Below, piece after piece: positions 1 to 7,316 of a DNA stretch of 50,207 bases. Each line of letters begins with the position of its first letter. The stretch's first letter is position 1. Below the pieces are notes generated by a model that was given only the letters and a program-made list of their open reading frames with translations, ran no database searches and had not been told where the DNA came from. This DNA is from Candidatus Undinarchaeota archaeon (GTDB lineage Archaea; SpSt-1190): positions 1 through 50,207 of the forward strand of contig CAYVAH010000002.1 of assembly GCA_964449215.1 (NCBI GenBank), written 5' to 3'. A program made the position numbers and the translations under genes.

Positions 1-300
1 AGGCGGGCCATAAACCTCGACCAGACCGGAAGGCCTTATGTGAACCTCCACCCTGATGAGGGTTTCCATCGGTATTTTCTCTTCCTCCAGAACATCCCCT
101 TCCCCGAGGCGGAAGACCCTCACAAAGCGGGGCACCTTGAATAGATAGTCCACCCGCAGCTCCTGAAACTCGTCCCACACCTCAAACTTCTTTATTCCTT
201 CATACCCATCAAACCTGAAGCCCTCAAGCTTCTTCATCACGGTGTCCGGTTCGAGCCCCCCTCCAGCAATATGAAACAACCTAAGGTTTTTCCACGCCAT
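1..300 (-). CDS. hypothetical protein, partial (runs off window start)
   Basis: ATG at 300, open for 100 codons to the window edge (MAWKNLRLFHIAGGGLEPDTVMKKLEGFRFDGYEG...); overlaps the end of the upstream ORF; absent from the ORF track. Confidence 0.6.
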   Translation of the reverse strand, partial: MAWKNLRLFHIAGGGLEPDTVMKKLEGFRFDGYEGIKKFEVWDEFQELRVDYLFKVPRFVRVFRLGEGDVLEEEKIPMETLIRVEVHIRPSGLVEVYGPP

Positions 301-481
301 TTTTCATCACCTCATCCAGGATGGCCACAACGAAGACCACAATCATGGAAAAAAACGTGGCCCTTCCAGCCCAGAACGGGTCCCTTGCGGTCAGGTACGC
401 CCACAGGTAGATGGAAACTATCAGGGCGAGACCCGCCCACCTGTACCACTTCCGTCCAAACCGGAGCTTCTTCCTGGCCAC
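281..481 (-). CDS. small membrane protein (2 TM)
   Basis: 66 aa, two hydrophobic segments with a basic N-terminus, GTG start; divergent from fen. Confidence 0.6.
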   Translation of the reverse strand: MARKKLRFGRKWYRWAGLALIVSIYLWAYLTARDPFWAGRATFFSMIVVFVVAILDEVMKNGVEKP

Positions 482-541
482 AAAACTATGGGTCCCCCCA
501 ACTATTAAACGTTATTATAAATTCCGGGTGTTTATGGTAAC

Positions 542-1564
542 GTGGGTGTCCAGCTCAAGGAACTGGTCGAAGGCAGCGAGATTTCAATAGGGTCCCTCGG
601 TGGGAAAAAAATAGCAATAGACGCCTTCAACACCCTGTATCAGTTCATAACAATAATCAGGCAGAGGGACGGCACGCCTTTGATGGACTCGCGCGGGCGG
701 ATAACCTCGCATCTTTCAGGGGTGCTCTACCGGACGGCGAAGCTGATGGAGAGTGGTGTCCGCCCCTGCTTTGTCTTTGACGGTAAGCCACCCGAATTCA
801 AGCTCGCAATTCGGGACAGGAAGGAGGCAAAGAGAGAGGCGGAGAAGAAGCTCGAGGAAGCCCGAAGAAAAGGGGACCTCGAAGGGATAAGAAAGTACTC
901 GGAGAGGGCCGCAAAGCTCGAGGACTACATGATTGAAGACTCCAAGAAACTCCTGTCTCTGATGGGCATACCATGGGTCCAGGCACCCAGCGAAGGTGAG
1001 GCCCAGGCCGCCTACATGGCCATCAGCGGGGATGTCTGGGCCGTGGGGAGCCAGGATTTTGACTCCCTGCTTTTCGGCGCCCCCCGTCTGGTCCGGAACC
1101 TGACAATAACCGGGCGCAGGAAGCTTCCCTACAAGAACGCCTACATAGAGGTCACTCCCAAGTTGCTTGACCTCCAGAGGACACTGGACAGCCTGAACAT
1201 AGACAGGAAGCAGCTCATATGCCTGGGAATCCTGGTCGGCACGGACTTCAACCCCGGCGGGATCAGGGGCATAGGCCCGAAAAAGGGTCTGGAGCTCGTG
1301 AGGGAAAAAGGCTGCAAGGCCCTTGGGGAGTTCGAGTGGAGTCCGGAGTGGCCGTCGGCCGAAGAAATACTCGAGTTTTTCCTGAACCCCCCCATAACCG
1401 AAAAGTATGAGCTGGAGTGGAAGGAACCCGACACGGAAGGGATGGTTGACCTCCTCGTTGGTAGGCATGACTTCTCGGAAGACAGGGTGCGAAAGGTTGC
1501 CAAAAACCTCGAAGAAGCGATGAAAAGGGGCAGGCAGGTCGGGCTCGAACAGTTTTTCAGATGA
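542..1564 (+). CDS. fen: flap endonuclease 1
   Basis: MGV N-terminus, [50 protein letters not shown] (H3TH), C-terminal PIP box QVGLEQFF. Confidence 0.97.
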   Translation: MGVQLKELVEGSEISIGSLGGKKIAIDAFNTLYQFITIIRQRDGTPLMDSRGRITSHLSGVLYRTAKLMESGVRPCFVFDGKPPEFKLAIRDRKEAKREAEKKLEEARRKGDLEGIRKYSERAAKLEDYMIEDSKKLLSLMGIPWVQAPSEGEAQAAYMAISGDVWAVGSQDFDSLLFGAPRLVRNLTITGRRKLPYKNAYIEVTPKLLDLQRTLDSLNIDRKQLICLGILVGTDFNPGGIRGIGPKKGLELVREKGCKALGEFEWSPEWPSAEEILEFFLNPPITEKYELEWKEPDTEGMVDLLVGRHDFSEDRVRKVAKNLEEAMKRGRQVGLEQFFR

Positions 1565-2405
1565 GGTAGAGCAGGCTCAGAGCCACAGGTATTGCCAGAT
1601 TGTCATCTATCGGGGCCAGAAGCTCGGCGAGGAAGTAGATGGTTACGGGAATGACAGACGGGGAGTAGAAGTGACGGGCGACCGCCCACGCACCCACGAG
1701 CCCGGCAAGGCAACCCTCAAGTGTCTTTCCCTCAGTCAGTGGTGTGTAACCGAAGAACCGACCTATGAGCGTGGAAAGTCCGTCCCCGACCCCAAGGACC
1801 AGAATAATCCAGGGTTGCTCGAGATACACGGGCAGGATGCACCCAAGCATAAAGTAGAACACTCCCTTCCCTGTCCATTCAGACTTTCTTTTGGTCTCGC
1901 GGACAATCTCGTCCAGCACAGGCAGTTTTATGAATCTCAGGACAAGGGCGACCAGCGCAATCGTGAGATAGAGGATAATCACAATCCACTTGTCTAGAAA
2001 GAATGGAAGCACACTGAATACAAGTCCTGACCCGACGTGAACAACTTTTCTTTTAATTTCCCCCTTCTCCAGCACTATTCTCTTCCTCTTCATGCGATGC
2101 CACTTCCCGACCCCATAACCCAGAAGGAGACCCGAAACAGCGGAAAGTGGGTAATCCAGGGCAAGGGCAAAAAACAGGAGGGTGACCAGCCAGAACCAGC
2201 CCTTGAAAACCGAAAGGGTCGCGAGAACCATGACCTGCAGGGAGGGTGGCGCCTCCGCGAATGAAAGGGAACTCGAAACCAGATACTTCAGCACGGCACC
2301 CACCGTGCCGGAGAGGAAAATGGAGTACACAACTTCAAACTTTTTCTTCCAGCTGTAATACAGCACCACTGCCAGAACCAGCAGCAGAAACACCAGGTCC
2401 TTCAT
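1557..2405 (-). CDS. CTP-dependent isoprenoid kinase (dolichol/phytol kinase family) with extra N-terminal membrane domain
   Basis: [33 protein letters not shown] motifs; polytopic. Confidence 0.8.
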   Translation of the reverse strand: MKDLVFLLLVLAVVLYYSWKKKFEVVYSIFLSGTVGAVLKYLVSSSLSFAEAPPSLQVMVLATLSVFKGWFWLVTLLFFALALDYPLSAVSGLLLGYGVGKWHRMKRKRIVLEKGEIKRKVVHVGSGLVFSVLPFFLDKWIVIILYLTIALVALVLRFIKLPVLDEIVRETKRKSEWTGKGVFYFMLGCILPVYLEQPWIILVLGVGDGLSTLIGRFFGYTPLTEGKTLEGCLAGLVGAWAVARHFYSPSVIPVTIYFLAELLAPIDDNLAIPVALSLLYLI

Positions 2406-2450
2406 CGACAGCCACGTCTCCGGAAATTTTTAACGATTCCCGTTTCGACA

Positions 2451-2726
2451 TCAGTCCCAGTTGCAGTAGGCGGTATCCGGGACTTCCTTGAAGGCGTCCA
2501 TTACACGATCCGAGATTCCCCCAAAACCATCATAAAGTGCATCCCTGAGTTCATTGGAACAGTTAACACATTTCTTGAAGATGTTGTCAAAGTCCTGCGG
2601 GTTGCTCCAGTTAGTTAATCTGTAAATTTTCTTCTCCAGCTCACCCAGATATTGAAATGTAGAATTGTCATAGACCGGAATAATTTTTGGAGTTTCATAC
2701 TGCCGGACGTCCTTCAATATCTCCAT
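2451..2726 (-). CDS. hypothetical protein (91 aa, AT-rich, probably leaderless)
   Basis: ATG at 2726 (MEILKDVRQYETPK...), TATATAAA beginning 29 nt upstream on the minus strand; the longer start in the ORF track overlaps the upstream gene. Confidence 0.55.
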   Translation of the reverse strand: MEILKDVRQYETPKIIPVYDNSTFQYLGELEKKIYRLTNWSNPQDFDNIFKKCVNCSNELRDALYDGFGGISDRVMDAFKEVPDTAYCNWD

Positions 2727-2757
2727 GTAATTGTTACTACTTTTTGGTTTATATAGA

Positions 2758-3570
2758 TTACGGAACGGTACCCAGCCACTTCTCAAGGCTTGTGGGTCCT
2801 CCCCCCGGGGACATTCTGGCGGCCTTCTCATAGGTCTTCAGATCCCCTCCAGAGAGCAGGAGGTCCACAAGGAGACGGGCATGGTAAAGGGACGGCTCGA
2901 GAACAAACCCCTCAGCACTGGTGTGCCCCGCCGCCCTGCCCAGCCTGACAACCTCCCCCACAAGCTGACCCGCCGGGAGGACCCTGGAAAGGGAGTATGA
3001 ACGGATAAAGGCAGCCTGCTCAAACCGGTGCCAGGAAAGGTCAAGCTCCCCACCGACCACCGCAAGCTTGCCCGCCGGAACCACCCACATCCTCGGAGAC
3101 TCGTAAAACTCCACGCTGTCCTCATTGAAGGGTATCCGCCCGACCAGGAAGGCGGGCACCTTTTTACCCTGCTCCTCCTCCAGCACCACCAGGTCCGGAT
3201 TCACAGCGACCCTCGAGCCGCGCCAGGTTACCTTGAGCTCCGGATGAAGATGGAAATCACTACCCGCAAGGACCTCACACCCGTATTCCACAGCACGACG
3301 CAGGTAGTTACGGTGCAGCCTTTCCACGTCAATGACCGCTCCCCTTACCCTTTCCTCGTCGAGGTGAAACTCCTCATCAAACCTGGCAAGGAACCTGAGC
3401 TTCCCGACAACAAAATCCCCAAGCGAAAACTCTTCGACAGTCGCCATGGAAACAGGCTCCACGACCATGTCAGGGGGACCCCCGAAAAGCGTGACGGATA
3501 CGCCCTCAGCAGCGAGGCGAGATGCCAGATAAACCGCAGGGAGGCCCATGCCAAGAACAGCAACTTCCAC
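2758..3570 (-). CDS. divergent geranylgeranyl-reductase-like FAD-dependent oxidoreductase
   Basis: N-terminal Rossmann-like VAVLGMGLPAVYLASRLAAEGVSVTLF; IDVERLHRNYLRRAVEYGCEV; GRAAGH resembling GDAAG. Confidence 0.6.
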   Translation of the reverse strand: MEVAVLGMGLPAVYLASRLAAEGVSVTLFGGPPDMVVEPVSMATVEEFSLGDFVVGKLRFLARFDEEFHLDEERVRGAVIDVERLHRNYLRRAVEYGCEVLAGSDFHLHPELKVTWRGSRVAVNPDLVVLEEEQGKKVPAFLVGRIPFNEDSVEFYESPRMWVVPAGKLAVVGGELDLSWHRFEQAAFIRSYSLSRVLPAGQLVGEVVRLGRAAGHTSAEGFVLEPSLYHARLLVDLLLSGGDLKTYEKAARMSPGGGPTSLEKWLGTVP

Positions 3571-3628
3571 CAGCTATTTAGCACTATGGAATAAATATGC
3601 ATTTCTGTGAAATAAAAGAAAAGGGAGG

Positions 3629-3832
3629 TCAGCCACGGTAAGCAAGCTTGATGTCTTCCTTGGTAACTGTTTTGCGCCCAGCGTGCCTTGCAAGCTGGAC
3701 GGCCTTGGAAGCCAAATCGTTAGCTATCTCCTCCAGAGCATCTCTCAACGCTTCTGCCGCGTCCTCGGAAACCCGAGCGGCACCTGCACCCTTAACAAGC
3801 CTTTTCATAGGCGCCAATGGTAGTTCAGCCAT
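3629..3832 (-). CDS. archaeal histone (HMf family)
   Basis: [29 protein letters not shown]...[21 protein letters not shown]; GGTGA SD before the ATG at 3832. Confidence 0.96.
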   Translation of the reverse strand: MAELPLAPMKRLVKGAGAARVSEDAAEALRDALEEIANDLASKAVQLARHAGRKTVTKEDIKLAYRG

Positions 3833-3883
3833 CCCAATCACCTGAAAAAGCCATAATTGAGGATTTTTAACGTTTTCTAAAGG

Positions 3884-4396
3884 CTATCTGACCGTGGGAA
3901 GGAAGCCCACGAACTCCTGAAGGTCCTTCAGAATCTTCTCTGCGTCCTGCCTGATGGACATTATGTGGACCTGGCGCCTCCTTCTGTAGAAGTATGAGTC
4001 CCTTATGGCGAAAAAAGGCCGGAGGAGTATGCTTCCCGTCCAGTTGTTCAGGTAATCCGTAATCACAAAACCACTCATGGAAAGACCTACCGAACCTTTG
4101 GAGACCATGGGGGGGTTCTCCCCCTTGGATCCGGGTCGGGGAGCAGGAGACCACACGAGTCTCCACCTCAACTCGAGCCCTCCGAGAGCGTATTTTTTCT
4201 CAATCTCCTTCGTGGCAATCCACACCCCCACGGCAGCGTTTGCCCCGCCCTCATAGTAGCCGTGAGCGTATCTCCACTCGAGTATGCCATAGTTGAGGTC
4301 GCTTACAAAGTTCCACAGGGCCCTGTAAATGTCAGGCGGATAGTATCCCTCGTGTTCAAAGTTCAGGTCCCGGAATGCCCAGTATCTCACTCCCAT
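3884..4396 (-). CDS. conserved-looking hypothetical protein
   Basis: 170 aa ORF directly abutting the CBS gene; protein-like composition. Confidence 0.7.
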   Translation of the reverse strand: MGVRYWAFRDLNFEHEGYYPPDIYRALWNFVSDLNYGILEWRYAHGYYEGGANAAVGVWIATKEIEKKYALGGLELRWRLVWSPAPRPGSKGENPPMVSKGSVGLSMSGFVITDYLNNWTGSILLRPFFAIRDSYFYRRRRQVHIMSIRQDAEKILKDLQEFVGFLPTVR

Positions 4397-4813
4397 TCAA
4401 CCACCCATCCTGTTGACTTCACAGAGTATGTCCACTATTTCTGGAGTCACACCCACGATATCCTTGTCCGAGATTATCCCCACAACCCCCCTCGCATCTT
4501 CAACCACCACCCTGTGTATCCCTTCCCCGCGCATCAGCTTGGCGACCTCCATGACGGGGGTGGAAACTCCAACCTTCTTTAATGGGGAGCTCATGACTTC
4601 CCTTGCAGCTGTCTCTCCGGGAGCTTTCCCACTCGCAACAACCTTGACAACATCCATCTTTGTGATGATCCCCACGTAGGACCCTTTCTCGGAAACAAGG
4701 ACGCTACCTATTCTCTTCGAGACCATAATCCTGGCAACCTCTTTGATGGTAGCACCCACATCCACAGCCACCACCGGGGAGGACATTATATCCCCTGCGA
4801 CAACCTCTCTCAC
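4397..4813 (-). CDS. CBS domain pair protein
   Basis: DIMSSPVVAVDVGATIKEVARIMVSKRIGSVLV...VGIITKMD and a second copy EVMSSPL...VVGIISDKD. Confidence 0.93.
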   Translation of the reverse strand: MREVVAGDIMSSPVVAVDVGATIKEVARIMVSKRIGSVLVSEKGSYVGIITKMDVVKVVASGKAPGETAAREVMSSPLKKVGVSTPVMEVAKLMRGEGIHRVVVEDARGVVGIISDKDIVGVTPEIVDILCEVNRMGG

Positions 4814-4852
4814 AGCAGAATAAGGTTATAAGTTTATTAAAGTCTTTCTTAA

Positions 4853-5245
4853 GTGTATCGAAAAGGAGCGAGGGCAGAACGCCAGCTGATGGAAAAACTT
4901 AACAGGCTCGGGCTCGGTGCCCTGAGAGTGGCAGGCTCCGCGGGACCGGATGTCGTGTCCTCCATCGGCGGGCGGATTGTGTTCTTTGAGTGCAAGTTCA
5001 CCACCAAGGAAAAGGTTTATGTGCCAAAATCCGAGGTGGAAAGGGAGCTCAAAGTCGCCGAGAAGATGAAAGCCACGCTCTACCTGGCCGTGAAGTTCAA
5101 CAGGGAACCCTGGCACATAATTGAGGCCGGTCGGCTCCCGGAATTCAGCACCGAGAAAAGTTACGTCATCGGCAGGGCAGACCTGGCCCGGCTTCCAAAA
5201 CTGACGACAATCCTCGATAAAAATTTAAAGGACTACGACAAATAG
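4853..5245 (+). CDS. hjc: Holliday junction resolvase Hjc
   Basis: MYRKGARAERQL, LRVAGS-GPDVV, FFECK (PD-(D/E)xK). Confidence 0.92.
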   Translation: MYRKGARAERQLMEKLNRLGLGALRVAGSAGPDVVSSIGGRIVFFECKFTTKEKVYVPKSEVERELKVAEKMKATLYLAVKFNREPWHIIEAGRLPEFSTEKSYVIGRADLARLPKLTTILDKNLKDYDK

Positions 5246-5249
5246 CGAA

Positions 5250-5954
5250 GTGAAAGCCGAGAAGGTCGCGATGAAAATCGCCGGAGAGATCGTTCTCACA
5301 AACAATCCCGGGACCGTGATTCGGAAGTGGAGGGAAATTTTCGGGATATCCCAGAAAGAGCTGTCAAGGAAATTGAAAATAAGCTCCTCCGTCATATCGG
5401 ACTATGAGTCCGGGAGGAGAAAGTCACCTGGAACGAAGCTCGTGTCAAGGCTCGTGAAAGCCATGATGGAAATTGACGAGGAGCGGGGAGGAACGGTAAC
5501 ACAGGAATACAACAAGCTGATTGAAGGGACAAAGTTCTTTGAGGCCATACTGGCAATAAAGGAATTCTCGGAACCACGAAAGATAAAGGACATTGTCAAG
5601 TGTGTTGAAGGGGAGTTCCTCGTCGGCGAGAAGAACATGGACAATAACGTCTATGGCTATACTGTCATAGACAGCATAAAGGCAATAATGGACCTCAGCC
5701 CCCTCGAGCTCGCGATGATATACGGAACCACAACGCAAAGGGCTCTGATATTCACAGGAGTCAAGCATGGCAGGAGTCCGATGCTGGCGATAAAGCTCAC
5801 AAGCCTTAGGCCCTCTATGGTTGTGTTGCACGGCCCGATAAAGGACCCCGACCCGCTGGGAGTCGAACTCGCGAAGCGTGAACGCATTCCGCTCGTGCTT
5901 TCCCACGTAAGCGACGTTGAGAAGCTCGTGGAGAACCTGAGGGGACTCGATTGA
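5250..5954 (+). CDS. XRE-family HTH + DRTGG-like domain transcriptional regulator
   Basis: IRKWREIFGISQKELSRKLKISSSVISDYESGRRKSPG; C-terminal TTQRALIFTGVKHGRSPMLAIK. Confidence 0.88.
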   Translation: MKAEKVAMKIAGEIVLTNNPGTVIRKWREIFGISQKELSRKLKISSSVISDYESGRRKSPGTKLVSRLVKAMMEIDEERGGTVTQEYNKLIEGTKFFEAILAIKEFSEPRKIKDIVKCVEGEFLVGEKNMDNNVYGYTVIDSIKAIMDLSPLELAMIYGTTTQRALIFTGVKHGRSPMLAIKLTSLRPSMVVLHGPIKDPDPLGVELAKRERIPLVLSHVSDVEKLVENLRGLD

Positions 5955-6325
5955 AGGCGCAAACGACCATCGAGTTCATGGCAGTGCTGCTGATACTCAC
6001 AGCTTACATGGCAGTCGTTTTTTCCCTTTTTTCTTCGGCGAAGGGTTCCCTTGAGCAGGCAGCCGATCGAAAGCTCTGTGGGACGGTGGAGCGCTGGATG
6101 GAATTCATAGCCCAGCGCCCGGAAGGCACGGAAATCAAACTGGATTTGGCTCCATACAGGGGGAGACATCTGAAAGTTGAATGCGGGGATCGAACAAAGC
6201 TGAGCTATCCCTCGGGAAGCACAACAATCGGCATTCCTTCCACTTGCAACATCATGAACATCACCAAAAAAACCTGCATCTCGATGGAGAGCACAGGGGC
6301 AGGTGTGAGAATTGAGGTCTGTTGA
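5951..6325 (+). CDS. type IV pilin-like protein (class III signal peptide)
   Basis: MKAQTTIEF followed by a hydrophobic helix; Cys-containing globular domain. Confidence 0.7.
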   Translation: MKAQTTIEFMAVLLILTAYMAVVFSLFSSAKGSLEQAADRKLCGTVERWMEFIAQRPEGTEIKLDLAPYRGRHLKVECGDRTKLSYPSGSTTIGIPSTCNIMNITKKTCISMESTGAGVRIEVC

Positions 6326-6596
6326 ATTCCTCGTTGCTGTCGCACTTCTGCTGGTGGTCTATGGGTCACTCTACAGGCTCGCCTCGACACAGAAAGCGGC
6401 TGCGGAAGAAGCGCTGCGAGACTTCAACGATTCAATAAGGTATAGATGCGCAAATGCCATCGTGGCGAATCTCATAGCCTACGGGGAGCCCTTCGAATAT
6501 GCCGACTTTGAAAAACTCGACCCGTCCAGGCTGAAAGGGGTCAGGTATGACCCTGCAACCAACCGCTATACTTACAGGACCTACCCAAGGTGGTGA
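6312..6596 (+). CDS. putative pilin-like protein
   Basis: MRSVEFLVAVALLLVVY (SxEF plus hydrophobic helix), TTG start, overlaps the previous gene. Confidence 0.55.
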   Translation: MRSVEFLVAVALLLVVYGSLYRLASTQKAAAEEALRDFNDSIRYRCANAIVANLIAYGEPFEYADFEKLDPSRLKGVRYDPATNRYTYRTYPRW

Positions 6597-6597
6597 C

Positions 6598-6885
6598 GTG
6601 AAAGGACAGATAATTGAACTGATGTTCTACCCGTTTATGATGGTGAATCTTCTCCTCCTATTCCACTTCCTTTCTGCCGGAGAAATCGCTGAGATCGAAA
6701 GCTCCCGCTCTGTGCTTGAGTCCTCAGATGCCGCCATAGCCTCTTCGAACCTCGTGCTCCTGAACTGCACCCCCGATCACTACCTTGGCTGTGTCCGAAA
6801 TCCGGGGGACGGAAGCTACTATATCAGGAGGCTCGCCACCGACGGTGAAAGCGTAAAAGAATTAATATTCCCGGCACCAGGGTAA
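6598..6885 (+). CDS. putative pilin-like protein (class III signal peptide)
   Basis: GTG at 6598 with GGTGA SD gives MKGQIIELMFYPFMMVNLLLLF. Confidence 0.6.
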   Translation: MKGQIIELMFYPFMMVNLLLLFHFLSAGEIAEIESSRSVLESSDAAIASSNLVLLNCTPDHYLGCVRNPGDGSYYIRRLATDGESVKELIFPAPG

Positions 6886-6888
6886 AAC

Positions 6889-7137
6889 ATGAAGGAGATT
6901 GTGTTCAAGCCCGCTGTAATTGCCACCAGGCCGGACCAGAGTTTCGTCCTGAAGTTCCCGGGATTCACGCTGTCCCTCCTGTTCAGCAATGGCAAGCTAA
7001 ACGCTGAAGTCCTTGAGGGAACAAAGAGGTCCACCTTCGAAAGCGAGGTGAAGGACAACAGCGAAGAATTCGAAAAAATTGTGAACAAGCTTATGAAGAA
7101 TCTCAACACGGTCATGAGGATTGACCACAAAAAATAA
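6889..7137 (+). CDS. hypothetical protein
   Basis: 82 aa ORF, 3 nt after the previous stop. Confidence 0.6.
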   Translation: MKEIVFKPAVIATRPDQSFVLKFPGFTLSLLFSNGKLNAEVLEGTKRSTFESEVKDNSEEFEKIVNKLMKNLNTVMRIDHKK

Positions 7138-7160
7138 CTATCCTGCTGTGAAAGAGTTCT

Positions 7161-7316
7161 ATGTGGGTTTTTTACATTCCCGTTCCAAAGGGGGCCGGAA
7201 AGGCACTTGCCAGAAAGCTGATTAAGACAAAGAGGAAGTGCTCATCGTGAAAACGGCAAAACCAGAAAATCGAAGCGGAGGCGAATGAGGAATATGAAAA
7301 ATGGCTCAAGGCTTGA
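7161..7316 (+). pseudogene. cutA-like (divalent-cation tolerance protein) remnant with internal deletions/frameshifts
   Basis: Three pieces in order: MWVFYIPVPKGAGKALARKLI (frame of 7161), EEVLIVKT (shifted frame), EANEEYEKWLKA* (back in the first frame); these resemble the N-terminal, central and C-terminal parts of CutA. Confidence 0.5.
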
